This document shows positions 51,791 to 63,951 of a DNA stretch of 64,000 nucleotides, in pieces. Under the pieces are notes generated by a model that saw only the letters and a program-made list of their open reading frames with translations, was not told the DNA's origin and did no database searches. Position numbers and translations under genes: made by a program. How positions within the stretch are numbered: the first letter of the stretch is position 1; each line of letters starts with the position of its first letter. This DNA is from Octopus bimaculoides (lineage: Eukaryota): contig NC_068984.1 of assembly GCF_001194135.2 (NCBI RefSeq), positions 97,129,322 to 97,193,321 on the forward strand, written 5' to 3'.

Positions 51791-52749
51791 TACAAAACAG
51801 TTATCACATTTTACTTTGTTTATCAAAAAAGATTAATCTTCATTGTGAAAATAAATCAAAACTTTTTTTAATGGTTCAGTGTCAAGATAAAGTGAAATAT
51901 TAGTTTAGACATTGACATGTAAAACTGCCAGTGAATAAACCCAATCAACTTCAGGTGTCAAAGTTACACAGTTAATAATATAGCAAGAAAAACATACAGA
52001 TCAAATTGTCTGTTCATGAAGCAGAAAAAATATTGTTACTTAACTGAATGATCCATGTTTGCATCCTGCTTGTGTACACAGAAAAAAAAAAAGAAAATAT
52101 GAATACTCAGTGGAGAGGTGTGTACTCCCGTAAGTGTGAGTGTGTGCTTGTGCGAAGGAAAAGAATTGAATTTGTTTGTCAAAAATCAAGCAGTTCCCTG
52201 TTGCTATCTTAGCTTGGTCAAGACAGAAAAAGATTAAATAAAAATGGTAAGCATAAGAGAGAAACTCTCTTGGTCAGTTGTCAATGGTGCATGGTATGCA
52301 TACTTCTGAAGTTTGAGGGGAATTATCAGGGGAACAGGTTGAATTGTCCAAGTTTTGCAGTTTCTGTTTCTTGTAGAAAACATGTCTTATACGAAGCCCA
52401 ATATTTAGTTATTAAAGTATGGATAGGTAAGAATTCAGAGAACATTTTCTCTCAGCCTCAGTAAACTCCTTGTTGCTGACTGTTTTTGGTTGCTTTTTGA
52501 TATTTTTTCAGTGACAATGTTTTTCTTTTAAGATGGGGATGGGGGTTAGTCATAAGAACAGTTTTGAATATTGTTGTTTTCACATGAGAGTGAAGAGGAT
52601 TTTAGCTTTAAATCCATTTTGGGTTCCTGCTAAAGGTGTTTCATGACATGTTAGAAAAGCTAGTGAGTATCAATGTCTTGCACATTTTCTGTGAAACCAG
52701 GATGAAAGTATAAACACCCCAGAAAATTAAATTCTTCTAGATTTCAGTA

Positions 52750-53267
52750 CAGGGTTATTCAAAAAGAATAAACCAATTTCTTTATGCAATATATATTAAT
52801 AAAGAAAAGCAATAGAAAACTCCAGCTAAGTCACAGGTATTTACTCACAATCAACTTTTATTTCCTAGTGTTCAATGTGGCCACCACCTGCAGCACGAGC
52901 AACATCAATGTGATAAGAGAATTCCTCCCAGACACATATCACGATCCACCAAGTTGATCACTTTTGTTATTCGATGTTTAAGGTCATTGAGGTTAGTGGG
53001 TAGCGGTGGAACATAAACACAATCTTTTACATATCCCCACAAGAAAAAATCACACATGGTGAGGTCTGGGGATCTCACAGACCAAGCTAAAACGTGTCTG
53101 GAAGGAATTCTCTTAATGCATTGATGTTGCCCATGCTGCAGGTGGTGGCCACATTGAACACTTGTAAGACAGGAAATAAAAGTTGATTGTGAGAAAATAT
53201 TTGTGACTTAGTTGGAGTTTTTCCTTATTGCATAATGAAATTGGTTCATTCTTTTTTAATAACTCTG
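52750..53267. mobile_element. Tc1/mariner-derived MITE with long TIRs
   Basis: TA-CAGGGTTATTCAAAAAGAAT...ATTCTTTTTTAATAACTCTG-TA; internal minus-strand RSPDLTMCDFFLWGYVKD. Confidence 0.82.
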
Positions 53268-53610
53268 TATTTTGGTATACACACAAACAAAATAATTGAA
53301 TAAATAAAAACAGAGCAGAATTTCAAATGGGCTGGAACACCAGGATAACATTGTGACACTGGAATAGCCCCAATCAAGTTGGCACATATGGTAACCTTAT
53401 TTTTAATCAAACAGAAGCTCATTTTGCATATTGGTTTATTATCCATATTTTGCTAAAATAATCCATCCAGCATGTTCCTCTTTTGAGATATTTGTGCAGG
53501 CTAATGACTATGTTATAATTAGGGTAAAACAAATTAAATTATTCTAAATGACTTGAGATACTCATTCTGCCTTGGTTTTGATTTTTCCTCTAATATAATC
53601 TATCTATCTA

Positions 53611-53649
<39 letters not shown>

Positions 53650-53824
53650 NNNNNNNNNNCTGTGTTCCTTTCTGTGGAAGATTGTAGGCTTGAAACATTA
53701 AAGACTTTTTCATTTCCCAAGTATTAAACTAATACATCTGTTTGTTGTCTACACCACACCACCTGTCTTTGTCTTTTGTTTTTGTTTTTTTATGAATTCT
53801 CCCTATATATATATATATATATAC

Positions 53825-53965
53825 ACAACAGGCTTCTTTCAGTTTCTGTCTACCTAATCCACTCACAAAGCTTTGGTCGGCCCCAGGCTATGGTAGAAAA
53901 CGTTTGCCCATGGTGCCACACAGTGGAACAGAACCTGAAACCATGTGGTTGGGAAGCAAGCTTAA
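53825..53965 (-). mobile_element. SINE family A, 5' half
   Basis: Homology to the 3650-3800 segment. Confidence 0.7.
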
Positions 53966-54214
53966 TGATGAAAATTTTTGCCAAAACATCAGAAGTAACC
54001 TCTTCTGATAGCACATATTTCATAAATTTAGAAATAAAATTTATTTTATTCAGAATGTCTGAATAAATAAATGTCTGAATGATTCCAATCTATGGAGGAA
54101 AAAACCTAGAAAAGCAGAAGAAAGTTAAAATGAGTAGATGATAGTGAAAACAAATACATAAGTATGGTTATGATTTTTTTAATGACTTTTGTCAATGTTA
54201 TGATATTTTTCCTT

Positions 54215-55372
54215 TTGACATTTGATAGCTGTTACATTTAGCTTACTTTAGAAGCAAATTGCATGTAATTTTGTTTACAGCTGTTAGTTCAGTGTCAATT
54301 TTAATATGGAGTACAAAAATGAACATTTTTGCCATATTTTGCATTTTATTTCCATAAAGACAAGAAAGCTGCTGAGGCTCACAAAGAGATATGTGAAGTT
54401 TATGGTGTTGATTGCTTAACAGAATGCACATATCAGGAATAATTTTTAAAATTCTGTTCTGGAGATTTTTCTCTCAAAGACGACCAACATTCTGGTCGAC
54501 CTACTGAAGTTGAGATGACTGAATCAAAGCCATAATTGAATTTGGTTGTCATATAACTGTGAGAGAGATTGCAGATAGGTTAAATGTATCACACACAATT
54601 GAAAATCACTTAAAATGTCTTGGACTCATGGAGAAGCTTGATATTTGGATTCTAGATACATTGAAAGAGATTCACTTAACACAACAAATCAATGTTTGTG
54701 ATATGCATCTCAAACAATAAAATCGACTGTTTTTTTAAATGAATCATTGGTGATGAAAAATGGATTGTCTACAATAACATCAATCGAAAATGGTAATGGT
54801 CCAAGTGTAATGAAACAGCACAAGCTACATCAAAAGCTGAATTGCATCAAAAACGGTCATGCTGTCAATTTGGTGGGATTACAAAGGTTTTGTATATTTT
54901 GAGCTGCTTCCAAGGAACCAAACAATCAATTCAGATGTTTACTGTCAACAACTAACGAAACTGGAGGAAGCAATCAAAGAATTAGCAAATCGTAAAGGAA
55001 TCATGTTCCACCATGACAACGTTAGACCACACGTCTTTGCTAACTCATGAAAAATTATTGGAGCTTGGTTGGGAAGTGATGTCACATCCACCAAATAGCC
55101 CTGACCTTGCACCATCAGATTCCGAAGTTTGTAAAATTCTTTGAACGGTAAAACTTTCAATAATGATAACCTGAAATTGCACTTACTTTAGTTTTTGACT
55201 GATAAAGACCCGAAGTTCTATGAACACAGAATCATGAAGTTGCTAGAAAGTTGGCAAAAAGGTCACCGAACATTATGGAAAATACATAATTGAATAAAGT
55301 TCATTCTTTGTATAAAAAAATTACTTTTATTTCACACTAAAAAACCGAAATTACTTTCTTGCCGTCACAATA
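54215..55372 (+). mobile_element. Degraded mariner (left TIR not seen)
   Basis: MEYKNEHF, SGRPTEV, IGDEKWIVYNN, MLSIWWDYKG, FHHDNVRPH, PDLAPSD; right end ATTACTTTCTTGCCGTCACAATA. Confidence 0.85.
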
Positions 55373-56749
55373 TTCATATGTCAATAGATAGATACAGATT
55401 TTCAGTGGGATAAACCATAAGCAATAAATATTATTGCTTCTGCTGTAGACACATGGTTTGAAAATTTGGTGGAGGGAGTTAGCCGATTATATCGATCCTA
55501 GTGCTCAGCTGGTACTTATCCATCCTGAGAGGACAAAAGACAAAGTCGACATCGGTGGAATTTGAGCTCAAAACATAAACCCAGAAGAAATGCAGCTAAA
55601 CACTTTGCCTTACGTGTTAACAATTCTGCCTCAACACTGCCTTATGAAGCAATACATACAATGGTGGAGTTTAGTCTCATATCAACCCTGATCATAAAAA
55701 CCTGAGGTCAAAAGCGTTCTAGCCATCTTTTAGTAGTATATAAGGTCATATTAACGGATGTTTCTTTTTTGTCCTTATATAAAACAGTCAGGTACGATCT
55801 GAGAAAAATCTGACTTTTGTTTAATGCAGGTCGAGTGCCCTCACAGAAATCCCTCGTTAGCTTGTATGTGTAATATAATGATTAATATAGTTGTCTTTCA
55901 ACTCAAGTAGACATTTTATTTCTCTTCGACGAAGAGTTCTACTCAAAACATCACACTTTCTTTTCGTTCTCACTGTATAACATTATTTCTACTGTTTCGG
56001 TTGTTTTAGCATAAGACGGCGAAATAGCCGAATCGTGAGAGTGTTGGATAGAATGTCATACAGTATTCGATCCGACTCGGTTCAAATCTCAGTGAAACAA
56101 TGTTTGCTTTTCTTTTCTTCAATGTCAAAAAGTACTATTCCACTATTTTTTCACTCTGGGAGACTTGGCTGTGGTTGACCTGGAGAGGGATGGGCAACAA
56201 CGTTTGGCGATCTTGCGTTTTATATAAACATAACGACGACCAATAGTGAAAGCACTTGCAATGAATGAAGCTGAAAAAGAAATCATAATCGGTATTACAC
56301 AAGATAATGTGTAGTGCATTTAATGAATGACGTGAACATAGTGTTTGTGAAAATGACGCAAAATAAACTTGTAAATAAGTTGAGAAGGGACTGAAATTTC
56401 ATGCATTATGTGCTATTTGCTTTAGACCAAACACTGTCTCTTCCATTGTGGCTGTATATAACATTGTATGGTCAGGATTTACAAAATATAGACTAGTTTT
56501 CTGTGTAATAGTCAAAAAGTTGTTTTCTTTTCACCTTGTTTGCCATCGCATGTACATTTCTCAAATGAATGGCCACATCTACGTCCAAAGTCACGACAGC
56601 GTCCCTACGACATTTTCAGGAATTAAGAGCTTGAGGAAAGTACAAAAATTACTATTTGTCGATGCAGAAATTACAAATATTTTTCGGATTCTACTACTTT
56701 ACTTGGTTTATTGATAAGATAAGCAACGATAAAAATTAAAAAATACCCA

Positions 56750-57040
56750 ACGACCATTCTGTCACGTGACCGCTACAAGCACCACTGCGACGACCACGAG
56801 TGTGACGTATCTGTGGGTTTCTGGTAACTTCCTCCGTCGTCTCACGTTCTCTCTCACACATACATGTAAAACCACCGCCTTCACAAGACTTTAGTACATA
56901 AATACACTCACACAGACGTAGTAAATATATATATATATATAGTTATAACATACTGACAAGATTATACCTTCGAAGGAATATTAAGTTTTTTCTTCTTACG
57001 AACTTCAGTCAAAACCTCAATTTAACCAAAGTAAGTAATT
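56750..57040. promoter_or_regulatory. Putative promoter/first exon with an E-box palindrome and CRE-like site
   Basis: GTCACGTGAC at 56761-56770, TGACGT at 56803-56808, plus-strand donor-like sites at 56824 and 57031; CpG-rich. Confidence 0.4.
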
Positions 57041-58032
57041 TCCTCCCTTCTTTCAGAACTACACCGCTGCTCTAAATATTTATATATAATTTATATACAC
57101 ACACAATGCTATATTATAAATATGAAATAATCGTTTGTATATCTATCTGTATAGCAGATACGTGGCTCGTATTTTTCAATACATATGTATACACACACAC
57201 GCATACATTGCTATATTGCATGTAAGATAGCCGTCTGTACGCATGAAATATGGATTTATATACACGTGTTGTATATATACTTCCTTATAATAAATAAATA
57301 AATAAATATATATATGTGTGTGTACATACACACACATTGTGTTCGTAATTTCAGATGTGTGAATACGGTCGACCGGCTTTCTCCTCTTGCCGCCGTTTTC
57401 TCTGTCTTCAACCTTGTTAATGTCTACCGCTTCCCTCTATCATAATAGTAAATAAAGGCGATCCTTATTTCTTTGTTTTTATTGTCTCTCGAACACGGAC
57501 ATTGTTCAATCTTCTACAAATAACAACCAAATCTATCTCAGAGCACGCACCTTAACATTTTCAAAAATTGGTTAAAGGACGATGAAATCGTAAGACGCGA
57601 TGGCCATGGCAGGAATGCCTTTTGTCATAATCCTACTTGATCAGAGAACAGCTGTACGTGGTTGCTCGACCTATTTGAAAAAAAGAGCCAAATCCTCCTC
57701 AAATTTATACTTAATTATCTAAAAAGAAATAAAATGAAAAAGTGAATGACATTCGATGAAATAAAATGGATAGTCAAGGCTGAAACGTATGTGACTTTGG
57801 TTCTGTTTGATCAGGTTTGATTTAGGGGCTCATAACAAAACAAGACGTTGTTTTTTCAAGTATTCTGAAATACGGCATCTCTGAAGAAAAAATCGTAAAA
57901 TCGTTAGTGAGTAGGGTCACCTCGAAGCAGGACCCTATCATTAAATGTAACACTGCGCGCGCTTATAACAGACCGTACATTGTATCACACTCGCACACGT
58001 GTGTATACACACACACATACACATATATTATA

Positions 58033-58073
<41 letters not shown>

Positions 58074-58188
58074 CTTATAACCAGGGACGGTACTATCAGG
58101 TTTAGTAGGTCCCAAACATGTCCAGGATGTTATCAACCGGTTATTGTTACCTATAAGGTTCCATTCCTAATTTATGATAAGGTCTCAC

Positions 58189-58245
<57 letters not shown>

Positions 58246-58509
58246 GTTTGTAATATACACACCATTGATTAGAACTAGCCAAATCACATCGCACTGAGCT
58301 AAAAAAGAAAAGGGATGGGTTGTAGATAAAGCAGACTAGGTATGTACAAAAAGATACTGCAGTAAAGTTTGTGATTACAGCTTTATACGATAACAGTTGC
58401 CCTAGGGTTAAACGGTGATTGCAACTGTTAAGAGATAGCAGTCAAATTGCCATGTGGTATATATATATATATACTTTATTTAAAAGCAGCAGAAATATAA
58501 CAAAAAAAA

Positions 58510-58553
58510 TGTTACTCTGAGTTTCACGTTCCCGTTCATCGGACAGTTTTGTT
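58510..58553 (-). ncRNA. Minimal type I hammerhead-like motif (U4C variant)
   Basis: TGT-CCGATGA-ACG-GGAA-CGT-GAAA-CTC-A-GAG-TA-ACA. Confidence 0.55.
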
Positions 58554-58556
58554 AGA

Positions 58557-58566
58557 TATATATATG

Positions 58567-58629
<63 letters not shown>
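58557..58629. repeat. (TA)n microsatellite
   Basis: Directly visible. Confidence 0.95.
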
Positions 58630-58631
<2 letters not shown>

Positions 58632-58796
58632 TCTGTAAAAACATAAATCAGAAAGAAGCACACTCTAAGATAAAGAGCAGCATATATAAAAAATGGGGAA
58701 GGCCAGTTTGTGGGATTACCTTAGGTTTCTCGTCCATAAAGGGTTTAGTTTATAGCGTATTGTTAGATCCCAAGACCTTTTAGAAATACACACATC

Positions 58797-58886
58797 CAAA
58801 TATTTACTACACATGTGTGTGCATTATAACGATAGATCGCCTAACATCTATCGTTATAATGCACACACATGTGTAGCAAATATTTG
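58797..58886. repeat. Near-perfect 41-bp-arm palindrome
   Basis: One mismatch; 8-nt loop CGCCTAAC. Confidence 0.9.
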
Positions 58887-59213
58887 CTGTTTGATTCAGG
58901 TTCCTGTTGTTGATAAGCCACAAAAATGGCGAAATATCGCTATCCATCACTCCTGAATGGGATCAGAGGTGAGTTGTCTTGCCTGTCTCTGATTTTCAGG
59001 TGTTTTAATACCCAGCATAATGTAGGAGTCATCTCTCATGTGCTATACTGCAGTGAACAAACAAAACGCATATGCTGAATATATGCAGTTGATAATGTTT
59101 TCAACTCTAGCACTGCTTTTAGTTCGTTATTGAATACACATACACACCTCTCCCCCAATTTCCTCCTTAAGTTTTTCTCACCATCCATCGTCTCTCTGAC
59201 CCTTCCATTACCT

Positions 59214-62200
59214 TCATCATCATCATCATTTAACGTCCACCTTCCATGCTAGCATGGGTTGGACGATTTGACTGAGGACTGGTGAACCAGATGGCTACAC
59301 CAGGCTCCAATCTGATTTGGCAGAGTTTCTACAGCTGGATGCCCTTCCTAACGCCAACCATTCCGAGAGTTTAGTGGGTGCTTTTACGTGCCACCAGCAT
59401 GAAGGCTAGTCAGGCGGTATTGGCAACAGCTACGCTCAAAATAGTGTATTTTATGTGCCACCTGCGCAGGAGCCAGTCCAGCGGCACTGGCAACGACCTT
59501 GCTCGAATGTTTTTTCAAGTGCCAGTAAGGCGACGCTGGTAATGATTATGCTCAAATGGTGCTATTTACGTGCCACTGGCACAGAAACCAGACAGCTGCT
59601 CTGGCAATGATCACACTCAGACGGTGCTCTTAGTGCTCCTCTGGTACAGGTGCCATCACGATTTCGATTTCACTTGCCCCCAACAGGTCTTTGCAAGTCG
59701 AGTTTAGTGTTCAATGAAGTAGAGGTTGGCATGGGTGCCAGTCGGCGAATTTGGTTCGATTTCAATTTCACTTGCCTCAACAGGCCTTCGCAAGTGGAGT
59801 TTAGTGTCCAATGAAGGAAAGGTACGCATAAGTGGGCTGGCTACACCCCTGGCAGAGGCCTCAGATTATGGTCTCACTTGGCTTGCCGGGTCTATCACAT
59901 ACAGCATATTTCCAAAGGTCTTGGTCACAAGTCATTGCCTCGGTGAGGCCTAATGTTCAAAGGTCGTGCTTCACCAACTCATCCCAGGTATTCCTGGGGT
60001 CTACCCCTTACACAGGTAACCTCAACCACTAGGGTATGGCACTTTTTCACACAGCTATCCTCATCCATTCTCGCCACATGACCATAACAGCGCAATCATC
60101 TCTCTTGCACACCACAACTGATGCTTCTTAGGTTCAACTTTTCTCTCAAGGTACTTACACTCTGTCGAGTTTGCACACTGACACTACACATCCATCAGAG
60201 CATACTGGCTTCATTCCTTGGGAGCTTAGGCATGTCCAAAGCGGTCACGGCCCATGTTTCACTGTCATGTAGCATGGCTGTTCATACACATGCGTCATAC
60301 GGTCTGCCTTTTACTCTGAGCAAGAGGCCCTTTGTCACCAGCAGAGGTAGGAGCTTTCTGAACTTTGCCCAGGCTATTCTTATTCTAGCAGCTACACTTT
60401 CAGTGCACCCTCCCCAACTACTAACTTCGTCACCTAGATAACGGAAGCTATCAACTAAGTCTAGTTTTTCTCCCTGAAATGTGGCAGAAGTTGTTTTCTG
60501 CACATTTTCAGTGTTTATTGCTCTTGAACATCTGCCACAAACAAAAACTAACTTCCTAGTTAGCCTTCCTTTGATATTGCTGCACCTCTTATGTGTCCAT
60601 AGCTTACACTGGGTACATCTTATAGAGTTTCTACCTACGCCTTTTCTACAGATTGAGCAGAGCCATCTACCTGAAGGGGTTTGTGTTTTGTCTACCTTCC
60701 TACTTATTTGGACTTTGGTTTTAGCTAGGTTGATTCTAAGGCCCTTCGATTCTAGTCCTTGCTTCCACACCTGAAACTTCTCTAGTTCTGATAGTGACTC
60801 AGCAATCAGTGCAAGGTCATCAGCATAGAGGAGCTCCCAGGGGCATCCTGTCTTGAATTCCTGTGTTATTGCCTGGAGGACTATGATAAATAGGAGGGGG
60901 CTGAGGACAGAATCTTGGTGGACCCCTACCTCTACCCGGAATTCTTCACTGTACTCGTTGCCAACGCTCACCTTACTGACATCGTCTCTGTACATGGCTC
61001 ACACAGCTCTCACTAACCATTCATCTATCCCTAGTTTCCTCATTGACCACCAGATAAGAGATCGGGGGACCCTGTCAAAGGCTTTCTCCATATCATCAAA
61101 AGCCAGGTACAGAGGTTTATCTTTGGCTAGGTGTTTCTCCTGCAGTTGTCTTACCAGAAATATAGCATCAATGGTGCTTTTCCCTGGCACAAACCCAGAC
61201 TGCATCTCATCTAAACTGAGTCTCTCCCTAATTAGTTGGGCTATGACCCTCTCCATGACTTTCATTACCTGATCCAACAACTTGATACCTCTGTAATTAT
61301 TTGTATCTAAAGCGTCACCTTTACCTTTGTAGCAGTTGACTTTGGTGCTGCTACACCAGTCATTGCTTATGACTCCTTCATGTATCATCTGATTAACAAT
61401 ATGGGTGACTAGGCTATAGCTGACACTGCCAGATATTTTGAACATCTCTGCAGTGATTCCTGATGGGCCGGGGACTTTCCCTGTCTTCATACTCTTGATC
61501 GCTTTATCTACCATGGTACTGTCAACTTGGATAGCTGGTCCCTCTGTTGGGTCAACATTTGGCAGACTATCTTTCTCCCATACATTCTCTTTATTGAGCA
61601 ACTTTTCATAGTGGTGTCTCAAAACCTCTCTCTTTGTGGCCTCGTTTTGGGCAAGCGTACCATCATCCATGCGGACACATTTCCTACGACATTACGATTC
61701 TCTCAAGTCGTTGGTCCTCACGACGCAGAACATTGTAAAATTTTCCTTATCTGCTTCCCCTCTGGCTAAATAAACCTGTTGCCTAGCTTCCCTTCTGGCA
61801 GTCTAATACAATTCCCTCCTACCACCATTCTTCCAGTCCTTCCAAGCCTGTTTCTTTTGTCTAATAGCCCTGTCAACAACGTTCCACCACCACGTTATTT
61901 TGGGTTGAGAGGGGACTTTGCACCATCCACAGATCTGGTCAGTGGCTCTCAGCAGGTTGTCCCGTAGAAACCTCCAGTTGTCTTCTACATCATGTGAAGC
62001 TATATCCCTTTCTATTTCATCAAAGGCTTCAAGTAATAAGTCTCTAAATCTCTGTCCATTTGCAGGATCTTTAAGCTTCCAGACCCTTCTCCTCCATACT
62101 GGTTGTCTTCTGGGCAACCACTTAGCCCTGATCCTGAAGTCACTAACTACTAGTCTATGTTGTGGGGTGCATTCTTCGCCTGGGAAGGTTTTGGCATTTA

Positions 62201-62424
62201 TAAGCAGCCATTTTTTCCTTTTCCTGGTGAGGGTGTAGTCAATTTGGCTAGTGTGTCTGCCAGAACGGTATGTGACTGGTAAGTTTTCTGAAGTTAGTAT
62301 TGCAAACCATAGGGTCATTTGCATCTCAGAACTCCAGCAGCCTGGTTCCCTCCTCATTGCGGGAACCAAAACCATAGCCTGCATGTACGCCATGTACGTC
62401 ATTCGTCAATGAGATAGTCTGCAA
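59214..62424 (-). mobile_element. About 3.2-kb RTE-clade LINE (APE C-terminus, RT with PHD, modular 3' UTR, (GAT)n tail), frameshifted
   Basis: ORFs 61803-62402 (TYRSG..SQIDY), 60999-61670 (GPSGI, YRGIKLL, DMEKAFDRVP) and 60282-60995 (GVHQDSVLSPLLF, LLYADDLAL, FRYLG). Confidence 0.93.
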
Positions 62425-62438
62425 GATATATATATATA

Positions 62439-63222
62439 CTAGCAGCATTACCCGGCGTTGTTCGGGTCTGACTTATTATGCCATCTGCGATGAGTCTTGC
62501 TAGGTGAAAATCAACTAAAAAAGAAAGCCTTACAACGAAAAAACCCTTATGATGTAAATATGTTCATAATTCAAAAGACAATGAAATTAATAGGGAAAGT
62601 CTGAAGGCTGTTTTGCGTAACATTATTAAGCGTACGTAAATTTCATCCATCTAATTGACTGTACAAATGCTTGTGCAAAACAATTTTTTGCGCTACCCTG
62701 ATTATACATAGCAGGATAATCCCTTTTCACAGGAGCTAGGACGGCAATTTCTGATGAAGCAATTGCTGGCGATCTGTTGCTACACAGTTCTGCCAGAATT
62801 CTATCAGATNNNNNNNNNNTTGCTGGCGATCTGTTGCTACACAGTTCTGCCAGAATTCTATCAGATTGGGCAGTAGATGTTGATGCACCATTTTGCATTA
62901 TGTTCAAAGTAGCTTCTGGAGTGTGGTGAATTGGTGCAGTCTGTTGCTGTCTTTTTAAACCGGTTGTATTCTTTCCCCAGCAAACTCTCTTCTTTGGAGG
63001 CATAATCTATGTATATATTAAACAGAACAACAAAAGTTATAACAGATGGCAGGGTCGGTAGTTTTCACATTTTGGTAATTTTTCAGACTAACACCCGCAC
63101 GATAACCTAATCCTAATCCAGACCATAACCCCTAACCTTAAAACCGTAACTGTAACACTAACCCTAACCCTAACCCTAACACCATAGTGAAAATCGTGCG
63201 GGTGTTAATCTGAAAAATTACC
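62439..63222 (-). mobile_element. Helitron-like element with an MPPKKR ORF remnant and a telomere-type cassette
   Basis: Minus-strand 3' end CCCGAACAACGCCGGG hairpin, 8 nt, then CTAG|T; ORF 63003-62626 on the same strand; (CCCTAA)-like array between 30-bp inverted repeats. Confidence 0.7.
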
Positions 63223-63951
63223 CACATTTCTAATGAAGTTCACTGATTTGCAATGAATATCTTTCTCCTTTCTGTCATGTCCTAACTTAAACAAAACAAT
63301 TTATTATTAGTGCTTTGTGTGAGTGGGACCATTTAAACTTGTAAAAAAAAAGAGAGAGAGAGAGAGAGAGGGTGGGGAGAAAGGAATATAGAATGGGAGT
63401 AATGAAGAGAGAGGAAGGGAGAACGGAAGACAGTTATAAGATAGCAAAATCTTATATCTATAATGTTGATGTGTGTATGTGTTTATGCGTATGTTGTCAC
63501 AGATCATGTATGTGTGGTTGTGTGTGTTTTTACGTTTCTATGTTCTGAAAAATATGTTAGAGGTAGAGGAAAGGTATTTAATGAGACAGAGGAAGAAGAA
63601 GTAAGAGTGAAAAGGTAAACCAAGTTAATCTATGACTTTGTATGTATTACTCTCTCTCTCTTACTCTTACTCTCTGTAAGAACGCCGGTGCAGGTAGAAG
63701 GGAAGAAATATAAAAGTTGCTAGAAACAACAGCCAAATCTTCCTTAAATCACACAAAGTAAACGGAATTTAAAAAATCTAATTACTGCACTGGAAAGTTC
63801 ACATCGAGAAAATTCCATTGATGTAAAAATTTTACGAAAAAGTGGAAAATGTGGATTTCTATCGATGCAACACACACACACATTCACAAACTCAGCTACA
63901 CTATAGTTATAGATAAACAGACATATATATATATATATATATACACACATG

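Noticed and set aside
62760-62870. Repeated SDRILAELCSNRSPA segment
   Set aside because: Identical overlap across a 10-N gap.
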